In this document: positions 52,301 through 61,827 of the stretch, piece after piece
Layout: each line of letters begins with the position of its first letter
Numbering within the stretch: position 1 is the first letter of the stretch
Assembly: GCA_949283575.1 (NCBI GenBank)
Contig: CASDSU010000016.1
Coordinates: 130-64,129, forward strand
DNA: 64,000 bases
Source of the DNA: an uncultured Eubacteriales bacterium
GTDB taxonomy: Bacteria; Bacillota; Clostridia; TANB77; UBA1234
Direction: 5' to 3'
Made by a program: the position numbers and the translations under genes
Notes under the pieces: generated by a model
What the model was told of the DNA's origin: nothing
Databases searched by the model: none
The model's input: the letters and a program-made list of their open reading frames with translations, nothing else

Positions 52301-55300
52301 AGGATCCGCTATCAAATCACCATGCTCATCAATATACCTAACTGTTGTTTCAGCTAAAGTTTTCTCATACTTGCATTCAATTACATTAACTTCTTCTTTT
52401 ACAATTATTTCATTTTCTGAAACGCTAACATATGACCATAGTGCGTGTTCTTTATCAGTAATTCTATTAAGTAACTCTGGTGTAAATTTCTTACCAACTT
52501 GAATACTTTCTTCTTTAGGTTCTACAATTTCAGTATTTTCCTCATAAATATATTTAGTAACAACCTTTGCAAGTAATGGTTCATAAGAATCTACAATTAT
52601 ATTTTCTTCAGGTTTTACAATTTGTGAACCTAACGATGATTTTACAAACTTCCAACCAAGTCCGTTATTATCGTTAAACTTAAGCACATGATCTATCTTT
52701 ATTTCTTTACCAATCTGTACCTGTTTAACAGCATCAGCTCTAATTGTAGCACCATCCATTGTTTGATATTTTAAAACAACATCGCTTCTATCTTCTTCAT
52801 AATTCAATATAACAATGTTTTCTTGCTCATTTTCCTTTGTAACAATTGAAATATTTTCATCACCTATATATTTCCACTGCCACTTATTCTTATCTAATAC
52901 TTTTTGTCTAATATTAGGAACGAAAATTCCGCCCAATTTTATAGTTGAAATAACATCCTCAACAATTGCTTTTTGTGTAGCAACATCAATATGTTTTACT
53001 AAAACTTTGGCTTTAACCTCTCCATATATGAACTTGAAATTATTATCACTTTCTCTAACCATTAAATTCTTAGGCTCTGAACTTTCAAGCATCCACCTAC
53101 TACCTTGGGTATCAGTAACCTTAAGGAATAATGTAGAATCATATACTGCTCCAATTTGTGATTCGATATCTTGTGGTTCTCTTAATTTGTTTCCAAAAGC
53201 ATCATAGAAAGTTATTGTAACTTTAGCATTTTCTTTATCATAATATATTGAAACAATATTTTCCTCTTCATACTTATTAACAGTAATTGTTGGAACCTTT
53301 TCCTCGTCTATTATCCAACGCTTACCAGATTCATCCGTAATTTTCATCATAGGTTTATTCTTATAAACCGTTCCAACTTGCAAAATTTCATGTTTAGGTT
53401 CTATAAGTTCATTAGACTCTGAATCATAATACTTAAGAGTAACCTTCGCCATAAGTGGTTCATACTTAAGAGTAACCGCATTTTCTCTCTCATTTTCAGA
53501 AATTATAATTCCTGTTCCGCCCTCTTTACATGCCCATACTTTTCCGAAACTATCAGGAATTTCGCTCATACTTTCAGCATTAAATCTTGCACCAATTTGT
53601 GCTTGTTCTATTGCCGCTTCACGAATTTGTCTGCCATCTATACCTATAAATTTAATAGCAACTCTTGATAATCTTGGCTCATATACAGCCTCTAACAAGT
53701 TTTTATTCGCATCTTTATCTATAATTATTTCACTAACTATTTCCCTTGAAAGTTTCCATTCTTTACATTCAAGATCATAAACTGTATTTTCAAAATTCAC
53801 AGCATACTTCTTACCAATTTGAATAAATACAATTTCATCATCAACTAATGGCATACCTTCTTCATTTTTTATTCTTGTAACGACTTTTTGCTTTGCTTCT
53901 TCATAAACCAAGGTAATAACATTTGTTTCCGTATTTTGCACGAAAACTGTTGCATTCGAGCCTTCAACATAATTCCAGCCCAATCCATTTTGATCCACAA
54001 TATAAGGAATTGTGTCCGCCTTATATAATTTTTCAACCGCAGCTTGAACAATCTTGTCCTCTGCAATTCGTTCTCCTGCTCTATTTATAAATTTAATTAT
54101 TATATCAGCACGCTCAATATCATAAATCAAAATAACTTTATTTTTATCTTCCACTTCAGAAACAATTAATTTCGAAGGTCTTGTATTTAAAAGTTTCCAG
54201 TCATCACCATTCTTATCTCTACAAATTTGTTTTGCTGAAAAATCATAAACAGTTCCAACTTGAATAAGTTCTTGCTTATCCTCAGCAAGTTTTTTACCTT
54301 CACGATTTATAAATGAAAAATTTACTCTTGCATATTTCTCTATGTATTTAATTTCTACAATATTTTCATCTGCTTTTGATGATAAAATAGTAGGAACAAT
54401 ACTAGAGTTTTCCAACACCCATTCCTTGCCTTCCTTATCATTAATTATAGGAATAATATCTGGCAAATAAGACGTCTTTGGAAAAACATTCGCTATTACA
54501 TTTTCTTTCAAGATTTCATCTTTTGAATTTATATACCTAACTGTAACTGTTGTTGAACCTGGTAAAATGGCTCCACCACCAATTACGTAAGAATTATTTC
54601 CTGAAACTTGTTCTGAATTGAAGAAATTTTGATTAGATATATTTGCTATGCTAAATTCTAAACTTGTTCCATTATACATTGCAACCGAACCTCTGTCAGA
54701 ATCCATCGGTGGCATATAAAACACAACTTCTATATTTGGAACAGGCAACGCGTCTGTTCCATAATATTTCATATCTTGATAGATATATCCAAGCAAATCT
54801 GGAATACCATCTGCACCAATAAACGTCTCTCTTCTAATTACAACTGCAGGAGTGTTAACATTAAAGTCCGCAATTGACTGTTTACGAACCATCACCCCCT
54901 TCTCATCTGTATATTCAAGCTTGTTACCAATTGTAGTTAAATCCTCCAAAACATTTTCAACCAATTTATATCTGTAACGTTTAGCCATATGGTCTTCAAT
55001 TGTTATATACAGCTTCTCTTCAAATTCAGCAGGATCTGTTACTATTTTATATTTATACTTAATTGGTTCTATCGGATCTGTTTTATTTGGCATATTAGCA
55101 CGTATTATATCAACAGATGGACACATAAGTTCAAAATTCAATTTTTGCAAAACATCTCTTATATCATCAAAATCAACATCCAAATTTGTCTCTTTTTTAA
55201 ATCTTCTTGTAAGATCTCTAGCAAGATTTTCAATTCTTGGATCATCTTTTTTAAGCTCAGAAAACATAGCTTGTTCATAAACCCTAGGCGAAATAAAAAT

Positions 55301-56146
55301 AGCTATTTGTTCTTGAACTCCTTTACTTGCTCCAATCCAATAATATGATACCGTATTAAGTGGAAAATCAGCTTCAACAAGTGGTTTATCAATTTTAATA
55401 TAAGGGTCATTACTTATAATTCCCGCTTGAACATTTTTTGAAATCATTTTTATGTTTGCATCTTTTTCAAAAAATTCAACTCTATTCGTTCTAAGATTTA
55501 TATATCTAATCGAATATGAATAAATATTTTCTGCATATTTATATTCGTTATCATACATTTTGAATCTTGGATTCAAATCTTTTATCGCAATTTCATCAAT
55601 TACGAAGTCAGAAACAAGAAGTGTAATAATCTCTTTAACCTTACGTTCTGATGCTTTTCCACTTCTCGTAATATTGTCCACAAAAGCCTCATAATAAGAT
55701 AATGTTACTTCATCTCTTTCTTTCTTGTAAATCTGTTCATACGTCATTCCATTATACAAATTCTGCATTTTAGGACTTGGTTTATACGCAATAATTTTTA
55801 TTTTAAAATTACTTGTAATACCCATTATTACATTTCTTCTCGAAATTGTATAATCTGCAATTGCAAATCTAGTTCCAACAGCAGATTCAGTAGCAGAAAG
55901 TTTGATATCCCCTTCTAAGACCTCGCATTGCAACATATCATTATTAACATTTAAAAACATCCTAATAATTTCAACATTAGGTTCATCATATTCCTCAATA
56001 ATAATAAACTCATTTACGTTTTCAATATCTGAAGCCGCATTTTCAACCAATGCTAAATCAAACTTTGAAAGCGTAGAGTTAATAATTGTTTCATTGTATC
56101 CTAAAGTATTAAGCTTTTCTTTAAGCACATTTAATACCGTTTTCAT
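49334..56146 (-). CDS. giant 2270-aa tandem-repeat protein: unique ~540-aa N-terminal region, about 18-19 MucBP/beta-grasp-like repeats of ~72 aa, K/E-rich linker, ~330-aa helical C-terminal region; no signal peptide and no sortase/LPXTG or SLH anchor
   Basis: single uninterrupted ORF; repeat consensus K-V-x-[VI]-x-[YF]-x-D-x-x-G-x-x-I-x-x-P-x-x-x-x-Q-[IV]-G-x-x-[YF] ... D-x-x-G-x-x-W ... E-x-E-N-I-[VI]-x-x-x-Y; N-terminus MKTVLNVLKEKLNTLGYNE is not hydrophobic. Confidence 0.8.
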   Translation of the reverse strand: MKTVLNVLKEKLNTLGYNETIINSTLSKFDLALVENAASDIENVNEFIIIEEYDEPNVEIIRMFLNVNNDMLQCEVLEGDIKLSATESAVGTRFAIADYTISRRNVIMGITSNFKIKIIAYKPSPKMQNLYNGMTYEQIYKKERDEVTLSYYEAFVDNITRSGKASERKVKEIITLLVSDFVIDEIAIKDLNPRFKMYDNEYKYAENIYSYSIRYINLRTNRVEFFEKDANIKMISKNVQAGIISNDPYIKIDKPLVEADFPLNTVSYYWIGASKGVQEQIAIFISPRVYEQAMFSELKKDDPRIENLARDLTRRFKKETNLDVDFDDIRDVLQKLNFELMCPSVDIIRANMPNKTDPIEPIKYKYKIVTDPAEFEEKLYITIEDHMAKRYRYKLVENVLEDLTTIGNKLEYTDEKGVMVRKQSIADFNVNTPAVVIRRETFIGADGIPDLLGYIYQDMKYYGTDALPVPNIEVVFYMPPMDSDRGSVAMYNGTSLEFSIANISNQNFFNSEQVSGNNSYVIGGGAILPGSTTVTVRYINSKDEILKENVIANVFPKTSYLPDIIPIINDKEGKEWVLENSSIVPTILSSKADENIVEIKYIEKYARVNFSFINREGKKLAEDKQELIQVGTVYDFSAKQICRDKNGDDWKLLNTRPSKLIVSEVEDKNKVILIYDIERADIIIKFINRAGERIAEDKIVQAAVEKLYKADTIPYIVDQNGLGWNYVEGSNATVFVQNTETNVITLVYEEAKQKVVTRIKNEEGMPLVDDEIVFIQIGKKYAVNFENTVYDLECKEWKLSREIVSEIIIDKDANKNLLEAVYEPRLSRVAIKFIGIDGRQIREAAIEQAQIGARFNAESMSEIPDSFGKVWACKEGGTGIIISENERENAVTLKYEPLMAKVTLKYYDSESNELIEPKHEILQVGTVYKNKPMMKITDESGKRWIIDEEKVPTITVNKYEEENIVSIYYDKENAKVTITFYDAFGNKLREPQDIESQIGAVYDSTLFLKVTDTQGSRWMLESSEPKNLMVRESDNNFKFIYGEVKAKVLVKHIDVATQKAIVEDVISTIKLGGIFVPNIRQKVLDKNKWQWKYIGDENISIVTKENEQENIVILNYEEDRSDVVLKYQTMDGATIRADAVKQVQIGKEIKIDHVLKFNDNNGLGWKFVKSSLGSQIVKPEENIIVDSYEPLLAKVVTKYIYEENTEIVEPKEESIQVGKKFTPELLNRITDKEHALWSYVSVSENEIIVKEEVNVIECKYEKTLAETTVRYIDEHGDLIADPIIGKYQIGTVFAVTIEKNFEDKEGKAWIFGSVDREKITVQEEAEKNVVNVTYKKEMVDLKLCFFGAGLQTIKEPQIVKAQIGSIYIAKPMDVIIDTKSLGWELREDLIPKFKVNRNPTENIVNISYDKYMVDAIVQFIDDSNNAVIEPTVTKHQVGTSFMPEIEDFIEDKEGKEWVYAAKVENKIFTMTKRIEPIVISEAAGKNLIKLHYKPSMNKVTVKYKDPMGTDIKMQMVTEAQIGSNYTPEIIKNIVDGANIKWVYNPNSKSTIRINRDPGKNIINLAYEEQKSTVIYKYLDEDNNVLKDEKKQLAQIGSVHRVDPENIVESSDGRVWEYKAKSLDEVKVDDNEANNIVEIVYMPLKVDVVLKFITLNGNTILPNKIIKAQLGSEYKAPVEQTITDDESKLYKFVKVEPASIKVKEIPLGKEENNDINVFEITYESSFSEARIIFKDIDGNKLRDDEIKQMQVGTMFAPSPIQYITDRKGIQWELINDKIDPIRVMDDVRQNQITMVYEVAKAEISVRYKDMDGNTIREAKLFHLEVGSEFIPEVENEIEDSQNRKWVYMMTDPVKLTVGSINNIINIVYQEKKAMTIIKIQTTDGKALKDDVKTKQQVGSKYVPVPVTKVIYDNNNNIWRYAFNSPSDIIVSENAEENVIIQYFTTDDSAKKEDATKKFNPDISRFIDKDLVAEVEKEEAEKKKKEEEEDKKKAEMSTEETVAFTDQYLQMLERSMKLTNAQKGVINKLNDYNTNIVKLLHEALEHTGNLDEFNLVGKLDKLIHDEKETVNSGLADLIEEDKTGNKILKIFEAITSSEMGDKDFNFLEQKKAILFADYFVNKNVTDIEEVTYIIERGKNDKGLECINQKIAEAKHPTNELLRLKVILTYEKVMLDNYYRARSLIKDEYFKNEESKAKMSREVIVSVTNMLPNQAIKLFNKCMNLSLAQRNELDALMKLLSSQQLTTVQNAINKIADGKTRKTATKLYKEIVG
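50446..54526 (-). repeat. in-frame tandem array of about 216-bp coding repeats (the ~72-aa beta-repeat units of the giant protein)
   Basis: periodic recurrence of ...VxYxDxxG...QxG...DxxGxxW...EENIVxxxY... roughly from residue 540 to 1900. Confidence 0.6.
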
Positions 56147-56332
56147 TTGTTCACCTCAAATCAGAATCTACTTTCCAATTTCAAAAATATATACCTATGT
56201 TTATTATACATTAACCATCTTTTTTTTCAAGAATATTATGTAGTAGAGAATAGGAAATTTTTTCTTTTATGCATTAAAAATATTTATTTGCAGAAAATAT
56301 TTTTAAATAATTCCAATTGCACAACAAGGAGT

Positions 56333-56881
56333 GTGAAGTTCTTGAATCCAAAATTTATTATTGTAAAAATTCAATCCCCCAAATTTTATAACTTATTAAT
56401 TAGGAAACTAATTGAATATGAAAGAATTCATTTTTTTGCAAAGAAAATAAATGGTGTTTATACAATAGTTATAAAATGCGAAAATTTTTACAATAAAATT
56501 TTAAAATGTGAAAAAAATAATAATATCTATCAAACTTATATTTATTTATATACTAGTCTTTCTATCATACTTTCAGAATTAATTATTGATTTTTATGAAT
56601 TAAAAATAACTCATCACATTTTATCCTCTCAACATAAAGACTTATCTCCTTACAGTATGAATAGACTTCGTAATATTTTGCAAATTGTTTTAGATTCAAA
56701 TTTCCCGTCTAACGAATCTAAAAAATTGTATTTATACAGAAAAGATTTAATTCTTACTAAACTTCTCATGAATTTTAGAAATTGTAATTATATTTATCCT
56801 GAACATTTTGTATATTTTAAGCTTGATAATTATTTAGAACATCTTGAAAATATCGTTGAAAAGACTTGTGCAAAATATTGA
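56333..56881 (+). CDS. hypothetical protein divergent from the giant gene
   Basis: ORF 56147..56881 probably starts at GTG 56333 or TTG 56342 after RBS AAGGAG; very AT-rich, no recognisable motif. Confidence 0.3.
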   Translation: MKFLNPKFIIVKIQSPKFYNLLIRKLIEYERIHFFAKKINGVYTIVIKCENFYNKILKCEKNNNIYQTYIYLYTSLSIILSELIIDFYELKITHHILSSQHKDLSPYSMNRLRNILQIVLDSNFPSNESKKLYLYRKDLILTKLLMNFRNCNYIYPEHFVYFKLDNYLEHLENIVEKTCAKY

Positions 56882-56946
56882 CAAAATTTTTCAAGTACGA
56901 GATAATGTTGATGTGTGTAAACATATGATTACAAAGGAGGAAATCA

Positions 56947-59510
56947 AAGTGTACTTGTTCGGAAAAATAACTGTAAAACCACAATTGCCAGAACGAATTT
57001 CAGATCTTGCTACTATGGCTAATAACCTATGGTGGTCTTGGAATTCTTATGCGCTTCGTTTATATGATTATATTGATTCAGATTTATTCGCAAAGGTTGG
57101 AAAAAATCCTGTAAAATTCCTTTCTAGAATTAGCCAAAAAAGATTAGTAGAGGTTGCAAATGATAGCGAATTTTTAAAAGATTATGATTTGATTATTGAT
57201 AATTTTAAGAATTATTTATCTACTGACAATACTTACTATAATCGCAATTTTCCAAATAATAAGAATGATAAAGTTGCATATTTTTCTGCCGAATACGGAT
57301 TAGATGAAGTATTGCCAATTTATGCTGGTGGTCTTGGTATCCTTTCTGGTGACCATTGTAAATCTGCTAGTGATCTTGGAATTCCTTTTACTCCAATTGG
57401 ACTATTATATAAACAAGGATATTTCAATCAATTTATTAATAGAGACGGTAGCGAGCTTTTCGATTATTCACCTAGTGTTATGGAAGATTTACCTATCTCT
57501 CCTGTTATTGATAAAGATGGAAATGATTTAATTATTTCTGTTGAATTTCCAGGAAGAATTGTGTATCTAAAAGTTTGGAGCATTGCTGTTGGTAGAGTTA
57601 CACTATATCTTCTTGATACAGATATTGATTTAAACTCTAACATGGATAGGCAACTAACTTTGAAACTTTATGGTGGAAATCAAGAAATGAGAATTTCTCA
57701 AGAAGTTATTCTTGGTATTGGTGGTATGAAACTTTTAAAAACTTTAGGTATTACTCCTACTGTTTATCACATGAATGAAGGTCACTCTTCATTTGTTGCG
57801 CTTGAAGTTATTAAAAAATATATGGAAGAAAGACAAGTTTCTTTTGAAGTTGCCAAAAAAATGGCTTCTGCTTGCACTATCTTTACTACTCATACACCTG
57901 TTCCAGCAGGTAATGATATTTTCCCTATTGATTTAGTGGATAGATATTTCAGCAATTATTATCAAGATCTTGGTCTTTCGAAAAATGATTTCTTAAATTT
58001 AGGTGCTAAACACGAAAATGCTTTCCATGAAGGATTCAACATGGCTGTTCTTGCACTTAAAATTGCCGGAGCAAAAAACGGTGTTAGTAAGCTTCACGGT
58101 GAAGTTTCTCAAGAACTTTTCTCTGACTTATGGCCTGAAACTGCTTCAAATGAAATACCTATAGATTATGTTACAAACGGAATTCATACATGTACTTGGC
58201 TTGCGCCAACTTTAAAAGAGTTATATAACGCATATATGCGTCCATTCTGGCAAGAACAAGTTTATGATGTTGATGTTTGGAATGATATAGACAATATCCC
58301 TGACCAAGCTCTTTGGGATGCACATATGGTACAAAAACATAAACTTGGTAAACTTATAAGAAAAAATATTAAAACTCAAAAAATGAGACACGGTGTTTCT
58401 CCTGAAGAATTAAATGAAATTGATAAAATGTTTGATCCAAATGTTCTTACAATTGGTTTTGCTAGACGTTTCGCTACTTATAAACGTGCTGATTTAATTT
58501 TTAAAGATTTAGAGAGAATCACAAAACTTTTAAATGATCCTTCAAAACCAGTTCAAATTGTTTTTGCAGGAAAGCCTCATCCAGCAGATGTTCAAGGACA
58601 AGACTTAGTAAAACGTATCTATGAAATTTCTGAAATGCCACAATTTAAAGGTAAGGTTTTCATTCTTGAAAATTACAATATGTATATTGCAAGATATCTT
58701 GTTAGTGGTGTTGATGTTTGGCTTAATAATCCTAGACGTCCACTTGAAGCTAGCGGTACTAGTGGCGAAAAAGCTGGCGTTAACGGTGTTATAAACTTTA
58801 GTATTTTAGATGGTTGGTGGTACGAAGGTTATGATGGTTCAAATGGTTGGGCCATCGGTGATGATACTGAGTATACTAACTATGAATTGCAAGATAATGC
58901 TGATTCACAAAGTATTTACAATATATTAGAAAATGAAATTATTCCTCTTTACTACTCTAAAGATTCTGACGAATTAAATTCTAAATGGGTAAAGAAAATG
59001 AAATGTTCAATCAAAACTGTTGGAGGAATTTACAATACAGGAAGAATGTTAGTTGACTACTTAAATAAATTATATATGCCTCAAATTAACAGAACTAACA
59101 TGATTACTTCTAACATTGATTCTGTTAACAACTATCTTGGTTGGGAGCATAATCTAAAATCAAAATGGTCAATGATTAAAATTAATCCTGCTACTCCACT
59201 TGATGAATTATCTGTTAGAGCTGGGAATAATATTAAAATGTGCTGTAACGTTTCTTTAAACGGTCTTGCTCCTGAAGATGTTACTGTTGAAGTATACTGC
59301 GGTAGAATCGACGAACAAGGTAAAATGACAAACAGTTTATATACTGAAATGAAAGTTGATAAATCAGTTGGTGAATCTGAATATGAATATTCGGCAGACT
59401 TAGCAATTGACGACGGCGGTAACTATGGTTACACATTCAGAGTTCTACCAAAACATGATTTACTAATAAACAAACATGATTTATCACTATGCAAGTGGTT
59501 AACTAAATAA
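56947..59510 (+). CDS. glgP: alpha-glucan family phosphorylase (GlgP, GT35 with DUF3417-type N-terminus)
   Basis: about 854 aa from GTG after RBS AAGGAGG; KVAYFSAEYGL and PLP-region motifs of glycogen/maltodextrin phosphorylases. Confidence 0.85.
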
Positions 59511-59518
59511 AATTTATA

Positions 59519-59553
59519 AAAAAGGACAAGTGGACGGGGTTTTTGTCCTTTTT
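59519..59553 (+). terminator. rho-independent terminator (AAAGGACAAGTGG...TTTTGTCCTTTTT)
   Basis: GGAC-stem hairpin plus T-run after glgP. Confidence 0.6.
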
Positions 59554-59577
59554 ATGTTTTGAGAAGGGATTGATTTT

Positions 59578-61017
59578 ATGAAACGTACTAAAATTGTTTG
59601 TACACTTGGACCTGCTGTTGATGATGTACGAATGCTTTCAAGAGTTTGTGCTGCTGGTATGGATGTAGCAAGATTTAATTTTTCACACGGAGATTATGCT
59701 GATCAAGAAAAAAGAATTGAACTTTTTAAAAATGTTCGTGAGGAACTCGGACTTCCTATTGCAATGATGCTTGATACTAAAGGACCAGAAATAAGAATTG
59801 GAACGTTCTTAACTGAGTCAGTTTTTTTGGAAGAAGATCAATTTTTTACATTAGTGCATGATGTATGTGATGGTTCAAAAGAAAAAGTTCACGTTAATTA
59901 TCCTACTCTAGCGGAAGAAGTTTCTATTGGTTCAATTATTCTAATTAATGATGGATTAATTGAGTTATGTGTTGATGAAATTGTAGGAAAAGATGTCAAA
60001 TGCCGCGTAATTCACGGTGGAAAGTTGACTAATAGAAAAAGTGTAAATATTCCAGGACTTGCACTTAATTTCCCACTACTTACTGAAAAAGATAAGGATG
60101 ATATTACATTCGGTGTTCATAAAGGTTTTGATATTATTGCAGCTTCATTCATTAGAAAAGCTGATGATGTCTTAGCTATAAAAGAATTATTAAAAGAACT
60201 CGATGCATCTCATATTAGTGTTATTGCTAAAATTGAAAATCAAGAGGGTGTTAACAATTTTGATTCTATACTTGAAGTTTCTGATGGTATCATGGTTGCT
60301 CGTGGTGACTTAGGTGTTGAAATTCCTGTTGAAAGAGTTCCATCACTTCAAAAAGAGTTCATTGAGAAATGTAATCAAAAAGGAAAAATTGTTATTGTTG
60401 CTACTCAAATGCTAGAATCTATGACTACTTCTCCTCGTCCTACAAGAGCTGAAGTTAATGATGTTGCAAACGCTGTTTATGACGGAACGACTTGCGTTAT
60501 GCTTTCTGGCGAGGTTGCTGCGGGAAATTATCCTGTTGAATGTGTAGCAATGATGGCTAGAATTACAAAATCTGTTGAAAACGAAATCGATTATTGGAAG
60601 AAATTTTCAAAACTTGATGAAACTTCTCTAATAAATAATCGTTTAAATATGATTGTTGGTCATTCTCTTTGCGAACTTGCTATGCAAACTAATGCTAAAG
60701 CTATAATTTCAGTTTCTGCTGGTGGGCATACACCTCGTGCAATTGCAAGTTTCAAACCTAGTTGTCCTGTAATTGCTCTTACACCAAACGAAACAACAGC
60801 AAGAAGATTAAATGCTGTTTGGAACGTTACGCCTATTTTAGTAAATGAATCGAAAGATGAAAATGACATGATTAAAGAAGGAATCGAATTTGCTAAAGAA
60901 GCTGGATATATTTCATCTGGCGATACAATAATTATTGGTGAAAGTGATACTTATTCAAAAAATAACGGACTTGGAGTTACAACAAGTAAAAAAGTTGGAG
61001 GAATATATATAGTTTAA
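59578..61017 (+). CDS. pyk: pyruvate kinase
   Basis: 479 aa; TKIVCTLGPA N-terminus, MVARGDLG motif, no PEP-utilizer extension. Confidence 0.9.
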   Translation: MKRTKIVCTLGPAVDDVRMLSRVCAAGMDVARFNFSHGDYADQEKRIELFKNVREELGLPIAMMLDTKGPEIRIGTFLTESVFLEEDQFFTLVHDVCDGSKEKVHVNYPTLAEEVSIGSIILINDGLIELCVDEIVGKDVKCRVIHGGKLTNRKSVNIPGLALNFPLLTEKDKDDITFGVHKGFDIIAASFIRKADDVLAIKELLKELDASHISVIAKIENQEGVNNFDSILEVSDGIMVARGDLGVEIPVERVPSLQKEFIEKCNQKGKIVIVATQMLESMTTSPRPTRAEVNDVANAVYDGTTCVMLSGEVAAGNYPVECVAMMARITKSVENEIDYWKKFSKLDETSLINNRLNMIVGHSLCELAMQTNAKAIISVSAGGHTPRAIASFKPSCPVIALTPNETTARRLNAVWNVTPILVNESKDENDMIKEGIEFAKEAGYISSGDTIIIGESDTYSKNNGLGVTTSKKVGGIYIV

Positions 61018-61209
61018 AATTGGGACGGTTCCTTTTTCTATATTTAGTGAAAATCAACAAAAAGTATTGTTTTTAAGCCTCAGACAACTCATTATTCATT
61101 GCAAACATGATGCAATGAAAATGAGAACTCGGCAACAAAAAACAATACTTTTTTCGTTGCCTTACCAGGTTAGTATTCCTAAAAAAAGGAACCGTCCCAA
61201 ACCCCAATT
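61017..61209. repeat. MITE-like structured intergenic repeat, copy B
   Basis: TIRs AAATTGGGACGGTTCCTTTTTC / AAAAAGGAACCGTCCCAAACCCCAATT; core 61048-61158 about 95% identical to 14866-14980. Confidence 0.6.
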
Positions 61210-61214
61210 CTTAA

Positions 61215-61243
61215 TTGACATAATTCATATTTCGTGATATATT
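61215..61243 (+). promoter_or_regulatory. near-consensus sigma-A promoter TTGACA-17-TATATT in front of the high-GC telA-like fragment
   Basis: hexamers at 61215-61220 and 61238-61243, followed by AGGAAG and the ATG at 61283. Confidence 0.45.
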
Positions 61244-61380
61244 ATCCCCGGTAAATCCATAAAAATTTTAGGAAGTTTTTTCATGAGCAACATTACTTCT
61301 CAAGCTATGGCGATGCCCGAAATCACTTTGGAACTCGCGCCTCAGACGTCTCCTGACGTCGAAGTGAACACCACGACCTC

Positions 61381-61827
61381 ATGCTTTCCCGCACCGTAGC
61401 CATGCAAATGGCTTCGCAGATTCGTCTCCTTCAGGGCAACGACTCGTTGCTCATCGACAAGATTCAGTCGACCATCGTGAACACGATTCCTCTTTGGAAG
61501 AGTCAGATGGTCATTGCTCTCGGCCTCGCCAATTCGATGAATGCCATGAGAGCTCAAAGGAGTGTTACCAACATGACCAATAACCTGCTCCGCAAGAATG
61601 CTGAAAATCCCAAGACCGGTACCGTCGAGGTTGCTCGTGAAGCCAAACGCGGCATTATCGATATCGAAACCCTCGTTGAGACCAACCAGAAGCTCATCGA
61701 TACCATCACCGAGGTTCAGCAGATTCAGGCTGAAGGCCGTGAAAAGCGTCACAATGCCGAAGCTGAACTTCAGCTTCTCGAACGTGATCTCAAGAACAAG
61801 CTAGAATCAGTGCTAATTAATTTATGA
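61381..61827 (+). pseudogene. 3' fragment (about 150 aa) of a TelA/KlaA-family (toxic anion resistance) gene in a high-GC island
   Basis: IPLWKSQMVIALG...RGIIDIETLVETNQKLIDTITEVQQIQAEGREKRHNAEAELQLLERDLKNKL matches the C-terminal region of TelA proteins. The ~210 N-terminal residues are missing. A 38-codon ORF from the ATG at 61283 lies in a different frame. About half G+C. Confidence 0.55.

Noticed and set aside
61342-61752. 136-aa minus-strand ORF overlapping the telA-like fragment
   Set aside because: Reverse-strand artefact of a GC-rich segment (GC-rich DNA has few stops in any frame); the plus-strand frame carries the recognisable TelA similarity
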